Shown here piece after piece: positions 1 through 11,338 of a stretch of 64,000 bases of DNA; position 1 is the first letter of the stretch; every line of letters begins with the position of its first letter. Source of the DNA: Eledone cirrhosa (Eukaryota); contig OZ024741.1 in NCBI GenBank assembly GCA_964016885.1, positions 195,858,001-195,922,000 on the forward strand. Reading direction: 5' to 3'. Below the pieces are notes generated by a model, which had not been told where the DNA came from, ran no database searches, and saw only the letters and a program-made list of their open reading frames with translations. Position numbers and translations under genes: made by a program.

Positions 1-767
1 CAACTTGCTCCAAGATACACCATTTAAAAAAAAATACTCTTCAATTTTATTGAATATATCTTGACCTTTAGTTGTGATGTCTAATGCCAGACAAAACAAA
101 TACTCTTCTACTAATTCTTTTTTATCAAGGTCTACAAACCGTACATAGCAAATTAATTGAGCCTTGTTATTAATATCCGTAGTTTCGTCCACTTGCAGAC
201 CAAAACATGTGCTTTTCTTTAGTGCAGTTAGTATCTGATTTTCTATATCAGAAGAAATATCAATTATCCTTCTTTTTACGGTATTTGTTGACAATGGTAA
301 CTGGCTTAATTTTTCTTTGTCCTTAATACTGCAACTTTCAAAAAGATTCTCTGTAGCAATTTTTATACTTGGCAGAATTAACTGTTCTCCTAATGTAAAT
401 GGTTTCCTATTTTTACCAATCAAATGTGAAATCTCAAAAGATGTTCTTGTTAAAGCTTTATTTCTACTGACTTTTTACAAAACAAGTCATACATATTAGC
501 TTGTGATTTTTTGATGTTTTTCAGCGAAGTAAAGTATTCCAGTGACTTGTTTTTATCATTGGTGTGATTAGTATCAAGGTGTCTTTTAAGTTTTGCAGGA
601 TTTAAACAGCTATTTGATAGAACTTTTGAACATAGCAAACACATGGGCTGATCTGGTGTATCTTTTTTAGTGTCAGCTTTTTGAAATCCATATCTAACAT
701 AATCATCACACCACTGTCTAACCTTTCTGCTGGTATCTAACTTCAGCTTCTTTGCACTAGACATCAT
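1..767 (-). pseudogene. Buster/ZBED5-like hAT transposase N-terminus, frameshifted near 450
   Basis: BED zinc finger (RQWCDDYVRYGF...PMCLLCSKVL...PAKLKRHLDTNH). Another frame continues with KPFTLGEQLILP, LPLSTNTVKRRI, FGLQVDETTD (first catalytic D) and YVRF. Confidence 0.9.
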
Positions 768-2058
768 ATCAATGTTATTTATCTACAGTTAAAATGTTTA
801 ATATGACATTAATAAACAAGAGAAATTAACAGTGTTTTTAATTACAAAAAGTACTTAAATTAACTTTAATTTTAGATATTTGGAAAAACTTAACTAGTTA
901 AAAAAAAATTTTATTTTTAAAAATTGAAATTTCTCCATTTTAGGATGGCAAACATATTATTTAAAGTCTTATAATAATATTAAAATATTAGGGGTTACTG
1001 AAGAAGGTGCAAATTTATAAACAACTAGAAGAAATTTTTCCAGAGTCCAGCACTTCCTGCATATACTACTTTAGGGTCGTATTAAATAGTATTGGTAATG
1101 TAAATATATTTAAATATCCGCCATACTAAAAGGTGCAAAAAATGCAAATCAGCTGATAGTGTAGAAGATGTGACGATGGTATTGGAAATTAATTCAGATA
1201 TCTTCTATCTATTTTGACTCAAAGTTAGATATAATATAAGAAGGCTTTTAGGCTGCGTTAAACATATATTAGATTGGAACAAATAAAGTTTAGTCAAATG
1301 TTTGTGGACATATATATTTATTATATAAAGTAATTTCTCAATTGTGAATGCAGATGTCATCAAATGAATACATAATTGTGTGGCAAAGTTTATAGTGTAT
1401 GCATGGAATACAAAATTACCTTTGTTAGTAGTCAAAACTTTACAGGCGTTATATTTTCTGTGCAAAGTACAACAGAATGTAACGTGTTCTTATTTAGAAT
1501 TGTCTGTGGAACTGGATGAATGTTGAAAACGACTAGTAAGCGAGTTCACTCTGTGAAGAAAATTTAGGCGACTTTAAAGCTTTTGTGAGGACAGCAGATT
1601 AAAACGTGTTCTCTATTGAAAACATTCTACTGAACTTACGTTGTGAGAACAGCGAACTGACCCTGTCTCTCGGCTGAGAGACCTCACTGAACTGAAGTTT
1701 TCAGTTTAAAGTTATGCTGTCATCGACCAACATTTACTTGTTCGTGATTGATCAATTTCTAAGTTCAATTAGTGTATTATCAGTAGTAGTCAAATTCTCG
1801 GAATTCAGAAAACTATGTCTTTCCAAGAATTGATGTGAAATTGAAATAATTAAAGTGAGAAACTGAAAGTAGTGTTTTCCACGAATTGGAGTGGAGAACC
1901 TGTGCACACTACAATAATACTCGTTCATTTATACATTGCACCTTTGGCATTTTCTTTGCACCTTTTTCAGAAAACCCAAAATATTAATGATAATGTAAAT
2001 ATTTATTTTTTTAAGGAACCCGGAGTTTGTTTTACGGAACCCATGTTGGCGACCACTG
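1..2058 (-). mobile_element. hAT (Buster/Charlie-type) DNA transposon, left end; runs off the window start
   Basis: The minus strand begins CAGTGGTCGCCAAC at 2058, a Buster-like TIR. The adjacent 8-mer GCCTATAG (2059-2066) fits the NNNTANNN Buster target consensus, and a transposase follows downstream. Confidence 0.85.
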
Positions 2059-2430
2059 GCCTATAGCATCTCAGGGGATTTCGGTGAAATAAACTGATAC
2101 AAGTACTTATATTAGACAAGGCGAAATGTTAGGATTTCGAAGGGAATAGATGACTTCGTAGAGACAGTTAGAGAATATGTATATATATATATATATATAT
2201 ATTTGTTTTGCAAGGTTTTTGATATGAAATCGTGTGTCGAAACAAATATTGTTATACTTGGGGAGGGTCATATTGTTGTAATAATATTGCCAGAAATAAT
2301 AACGAAACACACTCACTCTTTGGTTGGTTTTCGCTTCTGTATCTTTTATATCTCCATAGTTAATTTATTTGGCAATCAATATTTATAATTGACTGACCAA
2401 CGGTTAAAAATACAGATATAAATATATATA

Positions 2431-2482
2431 TAGTCTAACAAAGTTCTTTCATTGCACATCTGCAACATCATCAGTGGTACTA
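2431..2482 (-). ncRNA. Minimal type I hammerhead ribozyme motif, partly decayed
   Basis: The minus strand reads tagtacca CTGATGA tgttgca gatg tgcaat GAAA gaactt tgttagacta. Core boxes and stem II are intact; stems I and III are imperfect. Confidence 0.55.
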
Positions 2483-2499
2483 TTATCATATATATATAA

Positions 2500-2639
<140 letters not shown>

Positions 2640-3099
2640 TTGTAAACGCCTGACCATTTGTTGCAGACTTCACCATCCTTTAACAGAGCATGTTAATACA
2701 GCCACTTAATGAAACCCTTTGTTTGCTTAGAATAAATGAACCTTGAATATTAGGGGTGCCTGCAATTGTATCCCTCTGTATCGCTATGTATTTTTCTCTA
2801 AATATAGGTTTTTGAAAGAATCCCCATTCTTTAAATCCATCAGTCAATTACTTCCAATCATCCGAATCACCCCTTCACCTGCCACCAGAAAATGTATAAA
2901 TACCACTATAACACATTGACAGTCGGCTTTCGAATGAAACAGTTCTAGTCCTTTAGAAGCCATTTCCATATTAAAGATTTACACTCTGCTATGTATTGAG
3001 TACCTTACTTACCGTGGTTATCCCCGATTGAACCCGGGATACACATATCTTTTAGCACCTTACCGTCCTCTTCTTAACCATCAACAAGAAACCATGCTG

Positions 3100-3596
3100 A
3101 TGAAACTCGACTTCAATATTTCCATGAAGAATATCCTGATCTCCCCAAGGAAAGAGTATTTAAAACCTCTTATCACGTGTACAGATGAGTTCATTAAGAG
3201 CCTTCTTCTTTGACCACCCTGATGTAGCATCTACCAAGGATGAGAGGTTCGGTTTCAAAACGAACTTGAACCATTTGAGGAAAACCTCTTCAAAATGATC
3301 AAAAACAAATTTTCGTAGAGCCAACATACCATTCCAGGCCTATTTAAAAGACGAAATGCTGAAAATGAAAAGTTCCCCCAATCTCCATGTCCCCTCTGAT
3401 AAAACCCAAAACGTTTATGAGGTGGACTTACTGACCTATAAGAAGCTGGCAAAAAATTCAATACAAAAGTGGACGAGTTGGCATTGACTAATACCAATAT
3501 AGTTGGTAAAGAGATTGTAAAGTCCTTTAAAGTAGAAGACCGGACTGAACCATTAAGGGTAAAGACCCCACACTTTACCCTTAAAGACTACAAGGG

Positions 3597-3600
<4 letters not shown>
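3100..3600 (+). pseudogene. Penelope-like element (probably Naiad-type) RT N-terminal fragment
   Basis: Across frameshifts: FNISMKNILISPRKEYL, AFFF, RFGFK, ELEPFEENLFKMIKN, VPSDKTQNVY, HFTLKDYKGN. These match PLE N-terminal motifs (SxKNIP, KAFFF, ADKT, TLKDHK). The fragment ends at a (TA)n tract. Confidence 0.75.
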
Positions 3601-3636
<36 letters not shown>

Positions 3637-3644
3637 ATATATAT

Positions 3645-3897
3645 CTAGGGCGGGTAAAATTCCCGAGATCCATAGACGAGTTCTCTCCAACGGTCTCTGT
3701 CCCTCATTATCGCTGCCATGTCCTGCGTCTCCAACAGACCAGTGTCTGTCCTTAGGGCATCAACATACGTTAACCTTGGTCTTCCTCTTCCAGTGTGTCC
3801 ATGTAGGGGCTCCCACAGGAGCACTGAGTGCAATGTCAACTCTGGATGTCGGTGAGCATGTCCAGCTAACCTCAGTCTCCTCTGTGTCACTTTTAAG
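3645..3897 (-). mobile_element. RTE-X LINE 3' fragment
   Basis: RRLRLAGHAHRHPEL...GRGRPRLTYVD...RDRWR; nearly identical to the 3' end of 36358-39482 and abuts (TA)n. Confidence 0.9.
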
Positions 3898-4096
3898 TTT
3901 GTTGGTTCACCACTGGATAGAACTGGTCATTCCATATAGTCAACTGTGATGTAATATTTGAAAAGCACTCGACGTATTGTAACTCATCCATCTTCGTTTA
4001 TGTTGAATCTTGTTGGTGGTGCGAGAACGGAGTTAATTATTATTGAGTAAAATGACAGGAGACTGGACTGGTGAAATTCCTTAAAGATTTATTACA

Positions 4097-4156
4097 AACA
4101 CTATGCACATTTTAATGACCGGGTTCTGTAGGAACCCGGTGACATCATCAGGCGTT
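4097..4156 (-). ncRNA. Hammerhead ribozyme copy (GAAA box mutated to AAAA)
   Basis: aacgc CTGATGA tgtcaccgggttc ctaca gaacccggtcatt AAAA tgtgca ta gtgtt. Confidence 0.65.
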
Positions 4157-4319
4157 ACAAAATTTATTTAATAAAGGAATATAATAATGGTAGACACAAT
4201 CCAAGGGGCTGAAAAGTAGAGAGAAATCTTTAACACCTGAAGGCGGCCAGAGCCAGTAGTTGCCAGCCTGGATAACCGTCTTCTACCATTATTATATTCC
4301 TTTATTAGATAAATTTCAT

Positions 4320-4379
4320 AACGACAGATGATGTCTCCGGGTTCCTACAGAACCCGGTCATTGAAATGTGCATAGTGTT
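4320..4379 (+). ncRNA. Hammerhead ribozyme copy (CUGAUGA mutated to CAGAUGA)
   Basis: aacga CAGATGA tgtctccgggttc ctaca gaacccggtcatt GAAA tgtgca ta gtgtt. Confidence 0.65.
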
Positions 4380-4423
4380 TGTAATAAAGGAATTTCACCA
4401 CTTCAGCCTCCTGTCATTTTACT

Positions 4424-4514
<91 letters not shown>

Positions 4515-4614
4515 GAAGTAATTCCATCGGAAAAGTCCAGGAAAAAAGAGTGCTCTATGTAGGTAACAGAGCTTAATTATTATTATTATGTAATAAACAA
4601 CATAAGGCAATTAT

Positions 4615-4672
4615 TCCATTTACCAGTGGTTTCTTAAAAGCAAAAGGTTTTGCTTTCAATCCTCAGAATGAA
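4615..4672 (-). ncRNA. Type I hammerhead ribozyme, intact core
   Basis: ttcatt CTGAGGA ttgaaagcaaaa cc ttttgcttttaa GAAA ccactgg TA aatgga. Stems I, II and III all pair; the predicted cleavage triplet is GUA. Confidence 0.85.
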
Positions 4673-4973
4673 AAAATCCTGGTTTGTTTATTGAATTTGG
4701 ATTTTAAAAACAAAAATGCAATCTATATGAAAGTGAGGCTGGAGAAGGGAGAAGGAAAAGAAAAAGAAAATAAAACTACACATGCAAACACACACACAAA
4801 AAAACACAAAAGCATACTTACACACACATACATATATACATATATATAAATGTACGCATACATATATACATATACACATATATACATATAAAACGTACAC
4901 CTACACACACATACACATATATACACACATATACACATACATACATTCATGCATACACACACACACACACACA

Positions 4974-5005
<32 letters not shown>

Positions 5006-5032
5006 TACACACACATATATATATATATGTAC

Positions 5033-5082
<50 letters not shown>

Positions 5083-5110
5083 AATGAATAATAACAGGTA
5101 GACATCATAA

Positions 5111-5182
5111 AAAGGTAGTTTATTCCGTGTGCTTACAAGTGTTTCCAAAGGTAGTTTATTCCGTGTGCTTACAAGTGTTTCC
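5111..5182. repeat. 36-bp perfect tandem duplication within a small insert in (TA)n
   Basis: aaaggtagtttattccgtgtgcttacaagtgtttcc occurs twice. The minus strand reads GAAAcacttGTA, resembling a hammerhead 3' half. Confidence 0.85.
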
Positions 5183-5209
5183 ATCACTGCATCTTGGATA
5201 ATCCTATAC

Positions 5210-5259
<50 letters not shown>

Positions 5260-5974
5260 CACACATACACACACACACACATGTGTGTGTACAAGCATAC
5301 AGATACACAAACATAGCCATACACACACACATATATATACACATACATACATTCACACAAACATACAACGTACATACATACACATACATGAATGCACTCC
5401 TCTACATATTCACACACGCAAATAAATATAAGAAAAAAAAAAATTTTGCTACGATTTTGAGAGGATTTTGCTAAACTTGAGAGCCACTTCCGCTTGCCTT
5501 AACTCAAAGACTGAGATCTTCAGATGCTGTCCTCATCTGAAATCGCATCTGATCTGTAACTGGATTGACACTCCTATGAGAAATCAACCGCCTTGAACTC
5601 CTTCTCTGCTCTTTACTTTTGCTACGGTTTTTATTTTGCTGACTCTACCTTCTGTACTCTTGTATATTTACAAAATTATTTTCTCCCTTACCTCCCCTTA
5701 TATTTTACCTTCTCTTATGCCCCCCCCCCCCCTATATTCTTTTTGTTTTGCCCTTCACATACCTATGTGTATGTGTATGTATTTGTGTATATATACAAAC
5801 ACATACATACACATACATATACATACACATACCATATAAATACACATACACATACACACACGCATACATATAGAGACACATACATATACACATATAAATA
5901 CATAGACACATACACACATAAACACACACATATATATATATATATTTTTACACACATATATACACATACACGCA

Positions 5975-6045
<71 letters not shown>

Positions 6046-6196
6046 ATAAATGCTCTGAAATAGCGATATATATGTGAATATAGACAGAATATTCGAAAAT
6101 ATTCTGTATGTTTATAATAAACATTTTGAAGACCTAATCGCTATAGAATAGAATACGTCACGTATTACAATTAGATTCTCGATAAAAGCAAGGGAA

Positions 6197-6239
6197 GTAA
6201 TCTACGCGTTTCATTCTTGTTAGAAATCTTCAGGACTAC
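6197..6239 (-). ncRNA. Minimal type I hammerhead ribozyme
   Basis: Reverse complement of 6663-6705. Confidence 0.9.
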
Positions 6240-6662
6240 ATATCCAGTGCTTTTATCGAGAATGACACAGCTAGAGACTTATAGAATACTTAGCTGTGTA
6301 CAGGAACTGGTTTGAAAGAGCGGTTGCCGGTCCGGCAGAAATTAGAAATTGGAATAAATGCTCTGAAATAGCGATATATATGTGAATATAGACATAGAAT
6401 ATTCGAAAATATTCTGTATGTTTGTAATACGTGACGTATTCTATTCTATAGCGATTAGGTCTTCAAAATGTCTATTATAAACATACAGAATATTTTCGAA
6501 TATTCTATGTCTATATTCACATATATATCGCTATTTCAGAGCATTTATTCCAATTTCTAATTTCTGCCGGACCGGCAACCGCTCTTTCAAACCAGTTCCT
6601 GTACACAGCTAAGTATTCTATAAGTCTCTAGCTGTGTCATTCTCGATAAAAGCACTGGATAT

Positions 6663-6705
6663 GTAGTCCTGAAGATTTCTAACAAGAATGAAACGCGTAG
6701 ATTAC
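6663..6705 (+). ncRNA. Minimal type I hammerhead ribozyme
   Basis: gtagtc CTGAAGA tttct aaca agaat GAAA cgcg TA gattac. Stem III is palindromic (ACGCGT), the site is GUA, and the motif is enclosed by a further 16-bp stem attctcgataaaagca/tgcttttatcgagaat. Confidence 0.92.
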
Positions 6706-6858
6706 TTCCCTTGCTTTTATCGAGAATCTAATTGTAATACGTGACGTATTCTATTCTATAGCGATTAGGTCTTCAAAATGTTTATTATAAACATACAGAA
6801 TATTTTCGAATATTCTATGTCTATATTCACATATATATCGCTATTTCAGAGCATTTAT

Positions 6859-6903
<45 letters not shown>

Positions 6904-7945
6904 TGCGTGTATGTGTATATATGTGTGTAAAAATATATATATATATATGTGTGTGTTTATGTGTGTATGTGTCTATGTATTTATATGTGTATATGTATGT
7001 GTCTCTATATGTATGCGTGTGTGTATGTGTATGTGTATTTATATGGTATGTGTATGTATATGTATGTGTATGTATGTGTTTGTATATATGTGAATGTATA
7101 TGTATGTATATGTATGTGTGTGTATGCGTGTGTATTTATTTATATGTCTATATGTATGTATATCGATATATATTTTATATTTTACTTGTTTGTATATATA
7201 TATGTATGTGTATGTATATGTATATATATATGTGTGTGTATATATGTGTGTATATATGTGTATATATATGTGTATATATATATATGTATATGTATATGTG
7301 TGTGTGTGTGTGTGTGTATGTGTGTGTGTATATATATATATATATTTTCTTGATATATTTCTTTTTTCTTTTTCTTTTCTTTTTATTTCTAAGTTTATAG
7401 ATACATTTATAAATAGGCAGTCTGCCGACTCCGTTGAATACTGACCTCTCCCCCCCCTCCCACCTAATTTCTGTATCCTGATCTAAATGTGTGTGGCAGT
7501 GTTTATGTGCGTGCATTAATGTCCATATGCTTATGATAATACTATATACACATATATATGTGTGTGGGGGTGTGTGTGTGTATGTATGTTCGTAGTTATG
7601 TGTATGTTTATCTATATACGCGCGTGTGTGTGTGAGTGTACGAATATGTGTGAGTATATGAATGTGTGTATACATTTATTTTATATTTATGTATCTACAC
7701 GCATTTTATCTGTAGATTATAAACTTACAGAGACATTAGCCTTGAATTTTTGTATTTACATACATCTTTTTGGCATGCGTATGCATGTGAACATATATCT
7801 TTATGCAAATATGTGTACGAAGTTAGTTACATGTATATACACACACCTAACTGCATAAAATGTTTTGTATTTTCATTGGTCAATTTGAACTCTGTTCCCA
7901 AACGGACCTGAAATTTTGAATTGTTGTTATTATCAATAAATAAAT

Positions 7946-8100
7946 TTCATTATTTCTGAAGACGGCATATATATGTGTTTGGTATGTATATTTAATTTTG
8001 ATAGTTTGTATAATTTTGTATAATTTTGTACATAGATCTGTTGAATATGCATGCCAATTCTAACACATATATATCCTAGAAACGATCGTTAAATAATGAA
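7946..8100 (+). ncRNA. Type I hammerhead ribozyme with a stem II domain of about 115 nt
   Basis: ttcattattt CTGAAGA ...atatatatgtgtt...aacacatatatat... GAAA cgatcg TT aaataatgaa. Stem I is a perfect 10 bp and stem III is the palindrome ACGATCGT. Confidence 0.8.
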
Positions 8101-8294
8101 CTTTTTTTGTTTAATATAAGGAACTGTTTCATTGTTTTATTCATTATTTTTTTAATATTTTATCTTGACTCTGTATTCCGTTTATCTTTCACCGAAAGTG
8201 ATTTTTCATTGCATCTCTTCTTTCCATGATATCCGGATTACATTGAGTTCTTCATACGGATTGGACACTACCGTAAACTCTTGGTAGATTTATC

Positions 8295-8299
<5 letters not shown>

Positions 8300-8359
<60 letters not shown>

Positions 8360-8555
8360 ATATATATATGTATGTATGTATATGTGTGCGTGTGTATTTA
8401 TTTATTTTTATGTATGTGTGGGTGTGTGTGTTTGTATTTGGTTGTGCGTGCTTTTGATATATACGTATTTGCATGTGTATAATTGTTTAGCTATGTATGT
8501 ATATGTGTGTTTACGTATATATATGTGTGTGTGCGTTTATATTTTTATATTTTTG

Positions 8556-8610
<55 letters not shown>

Positions 8611-9010
8611 ATATAATTACATATACATGTGTGTGTTTATATTATATACGTGTGCGTGTTTGTGTATGTACGTGTTTATGTATTTGTATATGTATATTTA
8701 TGTGTGAGAGTGTGTGTATGTGTTTACTATTTCGTACGTATGTATACGTGCTTTTGTGTGTATTACTTACCACGCGTGTCTGTCCTGTTAGCTGGGGCAT
8801 GTATCGGTGTCAAACATTTTTTAATATATATTTATTTATTTTTTTGTTATATTTATTTGCGTGTGTGAATATGTAGAGGAGTGCATTCATGTATGTGTAT
8901 GTATGTACGTTGTATGTTTGTGTGAATGTATGTATGTGTATATATATGTGTGTGTGTATGGCTATGTTTGTGTATCTGTATGCTTGTACACACACATGTG
9001 TGTGTGTGTA

Positions 9011-9089
<79 letters not shown>

Positions 9090-9100
9090 GTGTGTGTGTA

Positions 9101-9133
<33 letters not shown>

Positions 9134-9510
9134 ATGCATGAATGTATGTATGTGTATATGTGTGTATATATATCTGTATGTGTGTGTAGGTGTACGTTTT
9201 ATATGTATATATGTGTATATGTATATATGTATGCGTACATTTATATATATGTATATATGTATGTGTGTGTAAGTATGCTTTTGTGTTTTTTTGTGTGTGC
9301 GTTTGCATGTGTAGTTTTATTTTATTTTTCCTTTCCTTCTCCCTTCTCCAGCCTCACTTTCATATAGATTGCATTTTTGTTTTTAAAATCCAAATTCAAT
9401 AAACAAACCAGGATTTTTTCATTCTGAGGATTGAAAACAAAACCTTTTGCTTTTAAGAAACCACTGGTAAATGGAATAATTGCCTTATGTTGTTTATTAC
9501 ATAATAATAA
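8300..9510 (+). mobile_element. Non-coding microsatellite-bodied hammerhead element; right arm of the outer inverted repeat
   Basis: TG/TA-rich body, pyrimidine-rich stretch, hammerhead at 9418-9475, ending at (TA)n. 8838-9510 is the reverse complement of 4580-5440. Confidence 0.8.
9418..9475 (+). ncRNA. Type I hammerhead ribozyme, intact core
   Basis: ttcatt CTGAGGA ttgaaaacaaaa cc ttttgcttttaa GAAA ccactgg TA aatgga. Confidence 0.85.
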
Positions 9511-9531
9511 TATATATATATATATATATAA

Positions 9532-9750
9532 AAGTGGTTACACAACAGTTAGTTCACCATACCGAGAACAATTGTTTCATCTTAGCTGTTCCATATAACC
9601 ATGTCCATTACGAGCTGAGGATCCGCTAAGGTGAAACAATTGTTCTTGGTATGGTGAACTAACTGTTGTGTAACCACTTCTACCTAACTCGTCCCATGGA
9701 CTGAGTGCTCTACCACTACGGATATTACCTTCCAGTGTTCTACCGCTATA
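9532..9750 (+). mobile_element. Small (TA)n-flanked hammerhead element with an inverted partial copy at its 5' side
   Basis: 9532-9586 is the reverse complement of about 9625-9679. Confidence 0.75.
9605..9654 (+). ncRNA. Minimal type I hammerhead ribozyme
   Basis: ccattacgag CTGAGGA tcc gcta aggt GAAA caattg TT cttggtatgg; palindromic stem III ACAATTGT. Confidence 0.8.
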
Positions 9751-10739
9751 TATATAAATATGTATAATAAGTTGACGGAACTAACATAATAGAAAAATCA
9801 AGGAAGTTTCATTTACATATAAAAAATATTTATTGCGTATCGACCTGTCACGCGCGTTTCGCAGAGGATTGGCTCAAGGTGACCCATAGGTGTTATGGAC
9901 CAGATTCCAGTATCGATCTGCTCCGCAGACTGGTGATGCGACAAAAGATATATTGTTGTGGTATGTGGGCCGAGAGGGTATATATGTAGGCATCGGCCTA
10001 TTTTTTTGTGTGTGGCCATATGTGTGTATTTTGGTGCAATTGGTGGGATGGCAATGCGGGTGTGTATTCACCGATATTCGTGTGTGTGTTTACGTAATTA
10101 AGGATTCGTGCATGCGTATTGGAATGTGTATTGGTCAGTCAAAGACTTGTTTTGGTGAAACAGGAAACGAGTTTGTGGGGTGTGTCACGCCGGGACGACT
10201 CGGTGCTGGTTTATCGTGAAGCAGGGAAAAGCGGACGTAAAATGATGATGATGATGATAAAGTCATTTCATGTTTTTGTCAAAGAATTTAAAAAAGGGTA
10301 TTGTCTGGTTGTGGATAATATTGGTAAGATGTAGAAATTCAACAACATAGACAGGGAGGCATAGACGCACAGATGTATATACCCATACATACACCCAGAC
10401 ACCGGAGTCCGTGCGCACATATAAGTGTATGTACACACACACACATAAATCCACACATATATACACACACACACTCTAATATATATATATTTAAAAAAAG
10501 GAAAAGAATGACTTCACTAGTAGTTCTAAACAATTTGATTTGATTTTATGATTTGGTAGATCTAGTAAGTTCTTTGTTAACTTCGGTGATACCATGGCCT
10601 CGGAACACCCCCTCCCATGCTAATCTGATCACCTAGGTATCAGAAGCTATCATCCACTTCTATAGAACCTACCTGCATTTGAAAAAATGTGTCTATCACT
10701 GCGACTTCTAGCGACTAGTGGTTTGTATTTTTTTTATAT

Positions 10740-11135
10740 TTCTGGAAATGTTCGTTGTCCGCCCATATCTTAAAGAGGGGGAAAATTGTGAATTTTCCCT
10801 TTCTGCATGTTGCGAAGTGTTCACTGCATGTGGTATTTCTGACAGAGGGGTCTCTAATTTGTTGTTTATGTACACAAACTCTGTCACGTAGACCCGTTCC
10901 AGTTTCACCAATGTAGTATACTTTACATTGTGGGCTGGTTGCACAGTAAATTAAGTTTTGGGTTTTGCAATCATGTTTGCATTAACTTTGAAAATCTGAT
11001 TGTTTTTAAAGGAGCAAGTTCCGCATTGAGAGTCTCCGCATTTCTTAACTTGCATTGTTTCATTATCAGACGTAAATTTTGCCTTGGTAAGCAGTTTTTT
11101 TTAGGTTGGGTGATTGGCATCTACTATATATTATT
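10740..11135 (-). pseudogene. Penelope-like GIY-YIG endonuclease fragment
   Basis: Frameshifted translation: QSPNLKKLLTKAKF...KCGDSQCGTC...NLIYCATSPQCKVYYIGETGTGLRDRVCVHKQQIRDP...CSEHFATC. Confidence 0.85.
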
Positions 11136-11161
11136 TATGAGTGCATTCATTTTAGGGGATT

Positions 11162-11338
11162 GCTCACACGCATAGATACAAATTAAAAAACCAGCCGTAT
11201 GAATAAATGAGTACACATTATACATACATAAAAGCGGCTTTTATGTATGTATAATTTTATGTATGCATGTATAATTTGTACTCATTTATTCATACGGCTG
11301 GTTTTTTAATTTTTTAATTTGTATCTATGCGTGTGAGC
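11162..11338. repeat. Fold-back hairpin, about 75-bp arms
   Basis: gctcacacgcatagatacaaattaaaaaaccagccgtatgaataaatgagtaca...attatacatacataaaagc is followed by its reverse complement with small duplications. Confidence 0.85.

Larger units (their letters stand above)
4039..4430. repeat. Inverted repeat (arms 4039-4194 and 4282-4430), each arm carrying a hammerhead; Penelope pseudo-LTR-like
   Basis: The arms are reverse complements with a few mismatches and one indel; the right arm ends at a long (TA)n. Confidence 0.9.
4580..5440 (-). mobile_element. Non-coding microsatellite-bodied hammerhead element; left arm of the outer inverted repeat (pairs with about 8838-9510)
   Basis: Reverse complement of 8838-9510, including the irregular CA/TA-rich body, apart from an extra insert at about 5081-5212. 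Confidence 0.85.
6040..6863. mobile_element. Retrozyme-like element: 310-nt tandem monomer with a hammerhead, in head-to-head arrays (about 1.25 copies minus, about 1.4 copies plus)
   Basis: gtaatacgtgacgtattc recurs at 6424 and 6734 (310 nt apart); ttggaataaatgctctg recurs at 6041 and 6349. The arms are near-identical reverse complements, and both outer ends abut (TA)n. Confidence 0.85.

Noticed and set aside
5480-5530. Hammerhead candidate on the minus strand (CTGAAGA tctca gtctt tgag)
   Set aside because: No GAAA box and no stem I pairing.
9840-9890. Minus-strand GAAACGCGCGT hammerhead-like half; similar partial motifs at about 27805-27840 and 46400-46495
   Set aside because: The CUGANGA box or stem II is missing, so they are too decayed to call.
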